In this document: positions 48,318 to 58,200 of the stretch, piece after piece | Layout of the letters: every line of letters begins with the position of its first letter | Numbering within the stretch: the first letter of the stretch is position 1 | IMG/VR virus record: IMGVR_UViG_3300028888_000057 | Origin: a virus | Lineage: Duplodnaviria > Caudoviricetes | Length of the DNA: 64,000 nucleotides | Reading direction: 5' to 3' (one strand) | The notes under the pieces: model-generated | Seen by the model: the letters and a program-made list of their open reading frames with translations, nothing else | What the model was told of the DNA's origin: nothing | Database searches by the model: none | Translations under genes and position numbers: made by a program

Positions 48318-49883
48318 TTATTCATCCGGCATAGAACCTTCAGGCGAAGAAGGCTTTGGCTGTTTTGAACGATCAGCCGCATCTGGATCGGATGTCCTTT
48401 CTGTATTATCAAGAGTCGGACGCCCTGCGCCTTCAGAAGATTCCTGAACAGTATTGCCTTCTCTGGAAACAAGAACAGAATCAATTTCTTCAGATTCTTC
48501 CTTACGTTGTTCAACTTCTTTGTCAATGGAATATCCAAATGCATCAAGATAAGTCTTTGTAGAAACAACACCGCGAGACCACAGTTCTTTGCATGCTTCA
48601 CGGAGAGCCTTTTTGCCTTCCATTGATAAAGGCATAAATTTAAATTCAGGAACTTCCTTCAAGTTATTAGTAGCCGGAATAATCTCTGTAAGCTTTTCAT
48701 TTACACGATTCATTAACTCACAGAACTTTTCTCTTGCGTCATTAATGCGTGCTTCAGCTGTTTGCATAGAAATCTGCGCCGATGCAAAAGTAGAGCCGTC
48801 CTGCGAAATACCGCTTACTATAATTCCAGATACACCACCTGCAGAAAGAATATCATTGTTCACATCTCTGTATTTATCCCATTGGAATAAGTCAGCCGTA
48901 TCAGCCTGTACAAACTTGGATTCTGCAAGATGGTTAGTAACCACAAGCGGGAACCCTGTCATGCCTCGTTTAAAGATATTCGATACCTGTCTCAACTGAT
49001 TTGCATCAGGCAGCATATCCTGTCCTTTTGTTGGATCACCATACTTAGCATGAGCAAAACCGTGTGCCGCAAGGTTCAGAATAGCTTTCTCATAAGTAGC
49101 AATCAATTCTTTTCTGGACAATGGTTCCAAAGCAGAAGCAATAAATGGAATTGCATATCTGTTCCAGCTTTCCTTGTTGCCTTGCATAACAAAAGTATTT
49201 TCAGGATTAAGCTGGGCATACTGTTGTCCTTTGTCAATGGCTTTCTTCACTTCTTCCGGATAACCCTTGAAGTAAGCATCCATGTTGTTGTCTTTGATCC
49301 AGCCTTCATAAATAGAGTATCCCTTTTCTCTCCATTCATTCTGAATCGAAAGACAGTCAAAATCCACGATAGGCATTCCATTTAACATCATATTACCGAT
49401 TCTGCATTTATGGATTGGCAATGTGATCAACTGCCCATTCAAAAGATAACAAACAACATTGTAATATTTCCAATATTCCAACATGATACCATTGATTTTC
49501 TCTCTTAGTCTCATTCGTTTATATTGATCTTCATACAATTTGATTGTTTTTTCGTTGTTGCCTGTCAAAAGCCAGCTTGAGCAGGTAGAGAATGGAACGA
49601 ATACATGCTGAATAATACCGCGAACAATCGGATCAGCATCCGTATAATAGTCCGCCAATTGGTAAAGACTGACAATATTATTCTGTTTGTCTCTCAAGAT
49701 AGAGTCATAATCATATCCTGAAAGATTTCCACTGAAAGTAATGTTAGAGTTAGTATAACTTTGAAATACATCTGGTGTATTGTCGCTAGTTGCACCAACA
49801 AATTCATTCCGGCGAGTCTTATCAATTGACTCAGAAGGAACCTTTAAGCGGGCGCTCGCCCTGAATCTGTCAAAAATACCCAA
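48318..49883 (-). CDS. Portal protein
   Basis: 521 aa between terminase and protease; C-terminal GAGRP motif typical of portals. Confidence 0.8.
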   Translation of the reverse strand: MGIFDRFRASARLKVPSESIDKTRRNEFVGATSDNTPDVFQSYTNSNITFSGNLSGYDYDSILRDKQNNIVSLYQLADYYTDADPIVRGIIQHVFVPFSTCSSWLLTGNNEKTIKLYEDQYKRMRLREKINGIMLEYWKYYNVVCYLLNGQLITLPIHKCRIGNMMLNGMPIVDFDCLSIQNEWREKGYSIYEGWIKDNNMDAYFKGYPEEVKKAIDKGQQYAQLNPENTFVMQGNKESWNRYAIPFIASALEPLSRKELIATYEKAILNLAAHGFAHAKYGDPTKGQDMLPDANQLRQVSNIFKRGMTGFPLVVTNHLAESKFVQADTADLFQWDKYRDVNNDILSAGGVSGIIVSGISQDGSTFASAQISMQTAEARINDAREKFCELMNRVNEKLTEIIPATNNLKEVPEFKFMPLSMEGKKALREACKELWSRGVVSTKTYLDAFGYSIDKEVEQRKEESEEIDSVLVSREGNTVQESSEGAGRPTLDNTERTSDPDAADRSKQPKPSSPEGSMPDE

Positions 49884-49901
49884 GGCTTTTCGCCCCTTTC
49901 T

Positions 49902-51548
49902 TTAAAATCTTGAAACGATTCCGATCGCAGGTACTCCACGACGAAAACGTTTAACGTTTTCCTTTTCGAGCTCTGATATATAATCGTTTGCCATTGCCAG
50001 ACTTGAGTATCGGTCCTTGTGTTGTCCGGCGTGAGGAACATCATATGTCTTATTACCTGAGGAAGATGTGCGTTCCACGATATTGCCCATCTCAAACTGA
50101 AGGGCGTCGGCCTGAAGGAATATATCCATTTCTTCCTTGGTAAGTCTTAATCTTTCATCTTCAATTTCCTGCTGTCTTGCGCGCATTGTTCTTTCCTGAA
50201 TTGGAAGCTCAATCTTTTTCTTCTCAAAAGCAACACGCAAATTACTATAGATTCTTTGGTTCAAAGTGTTAACAGCGCGGAAAGGATGCAAAGCCTGAAC
50301 CGCATCAGGGTTAGACAGCGGTTCATCGTCTACAACAAGCGGTGGATATTCTTTACCCGATACAGGATCGATCCACTCCTGATCGAAGAAACGATCGAAA
50401 CTGTCTCCAACGCCTCGTGCGTCGTAGATAATCTTTTCCGTATTCGGGAAACGAAGATGATAATATCTACGTACTTGTTCTGCAAGATAGTCTAACGGTT
50501 TACCGTTGAAAGCACGCATATTGACTAACTTACGTGTGTATGTACCGTCTTTACATTCCACAAACTTAACTACAGAAAGGATTGAGTTATCAGATCCTTT
50601 AGCAGTAGAAGTAGCAATATCCAGACAGATAACATATTTTGATTTTGAATTCTTAGGCTGTTCCATTTCAATCTTATCTAAGTTACGACATGGAGTTGTA
50701 AGGTCAAACGGAAGAGCCGAGTTGGAATTGGCGCCCACAAACTTGGAACCATATTCCATATCAAACGTAGCTTCTGGCATACGTTCTTTTTCTTTCATGA
50801 AGAAGTCTATATCTGTAATACCATTTGCCGCAGCCGAACGATAATCCAATGCGCAGCAGAAGACAGACTTGTCTCCTTTGGCCATACGAGTGAGATCCTT
50901 CATAAAGTTGTCGTAGTACTGATTACTTTTTTCACATGCTGATGTGATAGTAATCGTTTTACTTGCGAAATCTTTGAATCCATAATTAAAGCAGACTTCT
51001 CTTGTCGTATTACGAATAGGAGAAACAACAGCTTCAAGCGTGTCCTGATCTACATCAAGGGCCTCATCGATAATTATAATTTTGGCCCGAATACCTCTGG
51101 CACTATCGATAGAGGCCGAGATAAGCTGACTGCCGTTTTTCAATGTACAGCTTGAGCTATCTTTCGAGACCTGAACAAGACTTTTTGAATTAGAAGCTGA
51201 GATTTCATTTGCTATATTTGGATTCTGTTCCGCCAAAAGTTTTAGCTTGCCCAAAGCAAGTGTCGCCTGCTTAGCCGTGGCCGAAACAATCAACACCGTT
51301 GTTCCCGGATACAGAGAACATAATGCAAAACCACCCAAAGAAGCCAGCCATGTTTTACCATAGCCACGGGAACATGTGTCTTTAGAATCAACACAGTTAC
51401 CCATTTGTCTCAGCATAACATGTTGAGTACGAGTTAGCTTAATTGGACGGTACGCATCTTCCACATAGACATCTAAGTGAGATCTGTAGAACATTACCTG
51501 TTCTTCCATAAGATCCCAATTAGTAATAACACCCATTCTCGGAGTCAT
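49902..51548 (-). CDS. Terminase large subunit
   Basis: Walker A SRGYGKT, Walker B IIIDEA, motif III ITSA, nuclease CLDIA…YDARGVG…KDRYSSL. Confidence 0.92.
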   Translation of the reverse strand: MTPRMGVITNWDLMEEQVMFYRSHLDVYVEDAYRPIKLTRTQHVMLRQMGNCVDSKDTCSRGYGKTWLASLGGFALCSLYPGTTVLIVSATAKQATLALGKLKLLAEQNPNIANEISASNSKSLVQVSKDSSSCTLKNGSQLISASIDSARGIRAKIIIIDEALDVDQDTLEAVVSPIRNTTREVCFNYGFKDFASKTITITSACEKSNQYYDNFMKDLTRMAKGDKSVFCCALDYRSAAANGITDIDFFMKEKERMPEATFDMEYGSKFVGANSNSALPFDLTTPCRNLDKIEMEQPKNSKSKYVICLDIATSTAKGSDNSILSVVKFVECKDGTYTRKLVNMRAFNGKPLDYLAEQVRRYYHLRFPNTEKIIYDARGVGDSFDRFFDQEWIDPVSGKEYPPLVVDDEPLSNPDAVQALHPFRAVNTLNQRIYSNLRVAFEKKKIELPIQERTMRARQQEIEDERLRLTKEEMDIFLQADALQFEMGNIVERTSSSGNKTYDVPHAGQHKDRYSSLAMANDYISELEKENVKRFRRGVPAIGIVSRF

Positions 51549-51552
51549 GTAA

Positions 51553-52464
51553 TCACGCTCCGTTTAAATCGAGTGCTTCAACGATGTATCTAAATTCTTC
51601 AATAGTTTTATCTACATCGTCTTTGGGCCATTCAATCTTACGAGTCATGCTGTGCCCGGTTGTTTCTAATTGGAATGCTATTTCCGACCATGAACCTACG
51701 CCGCTCTTATCACCGGGCTTACGTTTGCACGCAGCGAAGTTACCCGTCTTCATCAGCAGGTCATACTGGGCGATAGCATCTTTAACATCCTGCAAAGAGC
51801 ATTTGCCGGACATATATTTGTCCTGTGCTGTATCAACCAGCAACGACGCTTTAGCTAATTTCTTGGCGTTGTCCCTTAATGAAATATCAGAGAGGTCAAA
51901 GTCATTTTCCAAACCCTGATAGTAGGTTTCCAAGTATTCGATCTCAGAGGGCTTGAACATTCCATTGAACTCATGGGAGTAAATCTTAACGTTAGGATCG
52001 GCAGGCTTCGCGGCTGAGATATCAACGATCTTCCCGGCCTCTTTCGCTTCAGCATAACTATTCGCATAAACATCACCATTGTGATCCTCATACTTATAGA
52101 TCTGCGTCTTCTGCATCATTCCCGGAACAATCTTGCACGCAATACTTTCCAGTATTACCTGCTGTCTGTCTTCAGATGATTTCTGAAACACAGAGTTATT
52201 GGCCGCCTGTAAACCAGCCTGCTTAATTGCATTGGCCCACATCGATTCATTCCAAGCTCTGTTGTTTTCCCAGAAATATTCACGCATCTCATCCTTGGTC
52301 TGACACTGCGCAATACAGTCTTTACACCATGAATCTTTTCCGCCCTGATCGATCCAGTCGCGATTAGAGAAAAACTTTGCTACAGGTACAGTCCTGTGAC
52401 ATTTCACACAAAGCTTGGTTAACGGAGGTTTCTTCGCAGTAGTCCTGTACTTCGAAGTAATCAT
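51553..52464 (-). CDS. Putative terminase small subunit with N-terminal Zn finger
   Basis: CVKC…WCKDC; directly upstream of large terminase. Confidence 0.55.
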   Translation of the reverse strand: MITSKYRTTAKKPPLTKLCVKCHRTVPVAKFFSNRDWIDQGGKDSWCKDCIAQCQTKDEMREYFWENNRAWNESMWANAIKQAGLQAANNSVFQKSSEDRQQVILESIACKIVPGMMQKTQIYKYEDHNGDVYANSYAEAKEAGKIVDISAAKPADPNVKIYSHEFNGMFKPSEIEYLETYYQGLENDFDLSDISLRDNAKKLAKASLLVDTAQDKYMSGKCSLQDVKDAIAQYDLLMKTGNFAACKRKPGDKSGVGSWSEIAFQLETTGHSMTRKIEWPKDDVDKTIEEFRYIVEALDLNGA

Positions 52465-52778
52465 TCCGTATCATCCAAGATCTCCATCAGTTCCTTTTCA
52501 GGTCCTGTAAGATCTTCTTTCTTTACTGAAATGTATCCGTTCTCCATTTGCTTTGTAAGTGTCTCAATGTTCTTGAAAGTTCTTTCATTCCTAACCTGTG
52601 TATAGAACTCCGTTAAAGCAAGAAACAGTTCCGGTGTTTTTGTGTACTTAAAAGTACTGATGTTGTATTCTCCAACTCTCTTAACATACACGTACCGAAT
52701 TCCCTTATCAGCAAGGAACTCTACTTCTCGTCTCCACTGGGTCATATACTCCGAATCAAACGCCTTATTGGGTACCAT
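52461..52778 (-). CDS. Conserved phage hypothetical protein
   Basis: 105 aa, RBS GAGGTG; FDSEYMTQW…EVEFL…YTKTPELF motif. Confidence 0.75.
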   Translation of the reverse strand: MVPNKAFDSEYMTQWRREVEFLADKGIRYVYVKRVGEYNISTFKYTKTPELFLALTEFYTQVRNERTFKNIETLTKQMENGYISVKKEDLTGPEKELMEILDDTE

Positions 52779-53110
52779 TGTTTATCACCTCAATTTTTAA
52801 CTTTGGGAAGCTACTTCTTCCTTTATGTCACGTTTCGGATGGTTACGCTGCGAAAAGTTGTTAAAAGATGGAAATAAGTATTTTATTTGTATCAATGGAT
52901 ATTAAATGCTTTGCTTTTCTCGAAAGAGTTTTTTGTATGATTCGAAATATCGTGTTTTTAAATTTAAGAGGAGGGAGCTGGCCGTCAGGCCAAAGCTCCC
53001 TCTTTTTTTCTTATAGGTTACATAATGAAGATTGTTCGAAAAAGAGATGGAGGTTAATTTTCAAAGAGGACTTGGAAGGAAATAACGTGATATAAAAGGC
53101 TTGCACAGAA

Positions 53111-53150
53111 AGGTTTGAATTTGAAATAGGAGGTTTGAATTTGAAATAGG
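53111..53150. repeat. Perfect 20-bp tandem duplication AGGTTTGAATTTGAAATAGG x2
   Basis: Directly visible in the divergent intergenic region. Confidence 0.95.
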
Positions 53151-53306
53151 AGTTGGAAGAGAATATATATCGAGCAATTTACGCTCACAAAAACTTTTCA
53201 GCGTAAATTACGGCCCTTTTTCTGCAACGAATATCCCAACATTCTTAGAATGTTCTGGATATTTCTGATTTTCTGAAATGGGTCAGGTAGCTCAAAAATC
53301 CAATAC

Positions 53307-53342
53307 AAAAAAAGAGAGTCGCAGCAATGCGGCTCTTTTTTT
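53307..53342. terminator. Bidirectional terminator-like hairpin
   Basis: A-tract, GAGTCGCA-GCAA-TGCGGCTC, T-tract. Confidence 0.6.
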
Positions 53343-53367
53343 GATAAAAAAGAAGGAGGAAACAAAC

Positions 53368-53661
53368 ATGGATTACATCAGTATCATCAAAAAGGAAGCA
53401 GCTCCCTACATGGATCGTCTCTCGATCCGTAGAGAAGCAATGCTTAAGCAGGATGAAGAGCTTTACGAGTATAGTTTTTCATCTGCTTTCGATTGTGCCA
53501 AACATCATGACCACGACAGGTTAGTATCAGCCGTTAAAAAGATTAACGTACAGTTAATCAAAGACGGTAAAAAGCCTCTTTGTAGCGATGATCGCTACGA
53601 GGCAGCAAAGTTTTGCTGCATTATCAGCGGCAGAAAAGAGTTAGTAGACTATGTTTACTAA
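53368..53661 (+). CDS. Early hypothetical protein
   Basis: RBS AAGGAGG, ATG 53368 (MDYISII…), followed by a terminator. Confidence 0.7.
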   Translation: MDYISIIKKEAAPYMDRLSIRREAMLKQDEELYEYSFSSAFDCAKHHDHDRLVSAVKKINVQLIKDGKKPLCSDDRYEAAKFCCIISGRKELVDYVY

Positions 53662-53728
53662 CAAAAACCACAAGGAGAGACTGAAAAGCCTCTCCTTTTT
53701 TTATTATTATCAAATAAGGAGGAAAATT

Positions 53729-53893
53729 ATGTATAACTCTCCATACAAACTGTATATCGATAATGATTATATTGAGTACAAGTTCATTACCGATGCTGCA
53801 CAAGCGTGGGCAGACGAACCCAACGCCAAAATATTCGATGCTAATGGCATTGAGGTAGAACAAGAGGACATCGAATCAGTCCTCTGTTGGTAA
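53729..53893 (+). CDS. Small early hypothetical protein
   Basis: RBS AAGGAGG, ATG 53729 (MYNSPYK…). Confidence 0.65.
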   Translation: MYNSPYKLYIDNDYIEYKFITDAAQAWADEPNAKIFDANGIEVEQEDIESVLCW

Positions 53894-53979
53894 CTTTGAC
53901 AAACAGGAGATCCAAGCGGTCTCCTGTAGTCAGAGCTACTGTCTCTGAAAAAAATAAAATAAGAAAGGTGGTACCCATC

Positions 53980-54378
53980 ATGATTAACATTATCGACATT
54001 TTTCCTGCTCTTGCAGCCGCATTGGCAACGTTCCTTATTTGCTTTGTTGTTTACAAAGCGGTAACGGGAAACCAAACAGCAACGATTATTCTTACCGCGA
54101 TCGTTAGTTTCATAATTCTCATTGGAGCAGCTGCAGCAGGAACAGCAGAAACACAATACAAATACCAATTAGAAATTTGTATTGTTAATGTCTCCGCAGA
54201 AGAAATCAATATTATTCGTTTGTCAGATGGAAATGAATATGCCATCGACTTCGAATATGGTTGGTCTAATGGACTCAACATTGTTATCTTTAACAATAAC
54301 AATACTACATCGCCTTATGATGATATTGTTATTGTAAGAAATGAACTGTTCTATGGTTTTATTAACAGCAACATTTAA
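53980..54378 (+). CDS. Membrane protein (two N-terminal hydrophobic helices)
   Basis: RBS AAGGTGG, MINIIDIFPALAAALATFLICFVV…ATIILTAIVSFIILIGAAAAG. Confidence 0.65.
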   Translation: MINIIDIFPALAAALATFLICFVVYKAVTGNQTATIILTAIVSFIILIGAAAAGTAETQYKYQLEICIVNVSAEEINIIRLSDGNEYAIDFEYGWSNGLNIVIFNNNNTTSPYDDIVIVRNELFYGFINSNI

Positions 54379-54520
54379 ATACTGTTGCTTTTTATACGGC
54401 ATAAGGTAAGCCTGCTCCACGGTGGACGAAACCTTGAAACATGCGGGTGTTTGCCGCAGTAACCTGCAACGGTTACACATTATATGCACCTACTGCATAG
54501 TGTAGGAGAAGGAGGATACC

Positions 54521-54976
54521 ATGTCTATCAATACCATCACACCCATAAACTGGTTTGAAGATTTCAACGGAGCGAATTTTGGCTTTATTAGACAAGCAGC
54601 TTGTAATAATAATTTACCATTCGACGATAAACTGAAAACCATTAGTTTACCAAGATGTATTGAAGCCGTTGATGGGTTCGGGATTCAGGGAAGCTTTGAG
54701 AACCATCAAATTGTATTCACCGTTGTTGTTGTTAACTATGAAGAATGTGGTGGAGATCCAGATGATCCAAATTGGGAATATCAACTGATCCCAACGCTCT
54801 GGCTATACAGTGGGACATGGGACAAACACAAAATAGAAGGGTTAGCTTCTAGCAGCCAATTGGCAGTTGGCAAAATGCTACAGGGCATTTATAGAAACGC
54901 AAATGTTCATAATCCAGAGGTCGCATCTGCATTAAAGACACATAAGTTTAAATTCAGAACATTCGGCTTTTGTTGA
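54521..54976 (+). CDS. Early hypothetical protein
   Basis: 151 aa, RBS AAGGAGG, two terminator-like hairpins downstream. Confidence 0.7.
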   Translation: MSINTITPINWFEDFNGANFGFIRQAACNNNLPFDDKLKTISLPRCIEAVDGFGIQGSFENHQIVFTVVVVNYEECGGDPDDPNWEYQLIPTLWLYSGTWDKHKIEGLASSSQLAVGKMLQGIYRNANVHNPEVASALKTHKFKFRTFGFC

Positions 54977-55251
54977 AGACAAAAGGTAGGTATAAAAGCC
55001 TGCTTTTTTATTTCAACATACGTGAACAGAAGAGCTCTGAGTAATCAGAGTTCTTTTTTATATATCAACATGCATGAAGTACTCGCTCATGCATTACAAC
55101 CGCAAAATCCCAGCGGTATGAGTGTGGCAATTGGGTGCCGTGCTATACGAAACATAGCTCAAGGCCGAGCAGGCGCATCTTAGCTCAAAGATGCAAATGT
55201 TTATCAATTCTATTTTGTTGTCTCTTAAGTGAGACAGAAAGGAAGGAAACC

Positions 55252-58200
55252 ATGTCTAAGATTAATACTTCTATTGCTGTCGTCTCCGCTCTGATCAACG
55301 AAGGGAAAATTCCGACGAAGGTGGCAAATGCTTTAGCGATTTCTCTGTCTGTAACCGAATTAAGACAGATCGTTGCCAACAATGCTCTTGACCGTCTCAT
55401 GAAGATTGAAGGCATCGGTGAAAAGAGAGCTGCAACCATTATTAAGGTGCTTACTGGAAAGATCCCTCAGCGGCTTTCCGAGAGCCGCACCGGCAAGAAG
55501 ATCAGCACTCGGGAACCGAGCGTAGGGTTCTCCCTTCGTTCGTTCGCTTCCAAGACCGTAATGAAGGAATATGTTCCGTACATCGAAGCGATAAATAATA
55601 TCGAACTGTACAAAGAAACCGAAAACGGTCGTATGCTCGATGACGAAGCATTGCTTGATGCCCGTCAGGCATATGCTGAACTCAAGAAGTTTTCGAACGA
55701 ACTGGACGAAAAGAACTTACCGTTCTCTCTGTTCCAGAACGAAGGAACTATCTCACGGATGAGCCGCAGCATCGGCTCTGACATTTTCGGGATCGATTAC
55801 ACCTCAAAGAAACCGACAACCGCATGGATTACTGTCGAACATGGAATCCAAGAGCTGATCAATTTCAATTGGCACGTTTTCGGCAACACGAAAACCGAAG
55901 CCGAAGCTGAAAAGAATCGCCTGCAGCAGGAAATCGAACACAGACTCGGTAACGCCGGTGTTCGGATGTATGTTGGCAACACGAGCGTAGAAAGCTCAAT
56001 GATCCACTACGGTGGATTCGCAGCTTCAGCATCTCACCAGAAAGACGAGAAGTTGGTTATGGCTGACGCAAAACTTATGAAGCTTCATGAAGAAGCAATC
56101 TGGTTCACTATGAAGATGGCCGAAGTATTTGATCTTGAGATCAACGGAGCGGCAATTTGGAAAATGAGAGCAAACCTTCTTAGACCGATCCGTTGCGGTC
56201 TCAAAATCAAAGGTGGTCGCCAGCTTACGCTGAATGACATCGAAATTAAGGAACCGATCATTGTTAATCGTGTCATCAAGAACGCTCGAAAGATTGGTGA
56301 ACTGAACGAAGAGACGGGTGAAATCTTCGAAGACGGCAAAATGGCTGTTGAAAAGACCTTGGCCGACGGCACTCTTATGTCTACCGTGGAACTCGAACAG
56401 TGGGGTCAGACCACTTCTTATGGCATCAAGGGATGCTCGGGAGACGGAGCCGCTCCGATCAAGTACGCAGCGAAACTGGAAGGGAAAGAAGTTCCTTTGA
56501 TGAAACCCATCCTTATGGATGGGGGATGCTGGAAATTCGATAAAGTCAGATGTTCCTGGGAAGAATTCGTTCGTAGAGCGAACAAGCTCGCCGAACGGTA
56601 TCCGAGTTTGAATAAACTCTGGCTGCTCCGCGAAGGAGACGAGCTGGAAGACGACGTTAAAGTTCGTCGACTGACTCGGAGTCTTATTCAGCAGTGGATC
56701 CATCTCGACGCTCGCGACATCCGTATGATCACTAAGAAGAGCCGCAAGAGCCTGAACAAAATGAAGACCTTAAAGGGTGCTATCAACATGATGGCCGAGA
56801 CTGGACGGGAAGAAAAGAGCCAGTTGGGTAAGGTGTTTGAGAAAGCACCGTGGCTGGTACTTAATCCTGAAGTTCAGAGATATCTCGAAACAAGGTTTGT
56901 CCGGAAACAGAGGGAAGCTGCGGCATGTAAGTTTAAGACGACTGGGTTTTATCCTTACATTCAGGAAGACTTTGTTGCCATCGCCCAAATTTGGGTGTTT
57001 GGTGCCGATTCCAACCGTATGGATCTGGGCGTGTTGAAGGCAGGCGAAATGAGCGTCGCTGATGTGGCACCCAAGCAGAAAATGCTGGCAGTCCGGTTTC
57101 CTGCGAACTATCAGACCGCTGCCGTACGTATCAATGTGCCTTGTCGCGAAGCTTTCAGTTCTTGCAGCAACATCTGCATGATCTCAATCTACGACGATAT
57201 CCTGATCCGTCAGGATGGTGACGTAGATGGTGACGAAATGGCCATCATTCTGGATGAAATCGCAATAGCTGCGACTGAAAGAATGTACGAAGAGTTCAAT
57301 CCTCCGGTTGTCGTGTTCGCACACGGAGGAAAGGCTCCGAAGAAAAAGATCAGCAATCGGGCTGGTCTTATTGAAACTATGTATAATGACTTGTGGAAGG
57401 CCAAGAAGTTTGATGGCGTTGGAAAGTATGCCAATCTGGCAACTCTTTGTTGCCACCTTGCTTCTCTGGCTTATGCCCATGGAGATATGGACGAAGTTAA
57501 GATGCGCCTTGTTCAGATGTCTCTGGCATCGACTGGTGCTATCTTAGCGATTGACCAAGTGAAAGGCAACGCCGTCAGCGACGAGCTGATCGAGCGACTG
57601 GAACAGATCAGCAAGTCTGTCAGGAACCAGTGTCTGAACATGATGCCGTTCACTCAGCAGTTCGTCAAAGGCCTGAAGGCTGATGAAGTTCTGCCTGAAA
57701 GTGATGCTTTGTGTGATCAGATGGCTGGTCTGATCATTCGCGATACCAACGACAAGGAAACCAACGGTTATAAACTTGAAGTTGGTAACGCGCAGTGGAA
57801 CGCAAAGGAAGCGAAGCGGGCTATGCTCGACTTTGGCCTGAGAACGACTTCACTCCGGAACTCTCCTGTTCCGAAGAGCATTCTCGATACACTGGCGGAT
57901 AACTGGTTCAACGACAAGAACAATGCTGATCAGGAGACCTTCCGTCTGATCAAGGCTGGTCAGCCCGTTCAGATGAAGGATCTGGTACTTCTCATGTGGA
58001 GAAATGCATGTGCGTTGGAATTCCGTATGACCGGGGATAATCTGACCGCCAAGCGGGAAGAGTATCTGAAGATTGTACGTGAAATGCTGTATACACAGGC
58101 AACCTCTGCTAAATGGGTTGGTAATGACGGGCACGTATTCACCGATGCCGAAAAGAAAGCTTCTGTCGTGAACGTTCTGGTGTATGATGCACTTAACATG

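Noticed and set aside
53111-53150. Possible CRISPR mini-array
   Set aside because: Two abutting copies with no spacer; no cas operon in the window
54403-54435. Hammerhead ribozyme (GGACGAAAC)
   Set aside because: CUGANGA core and stem I are absent
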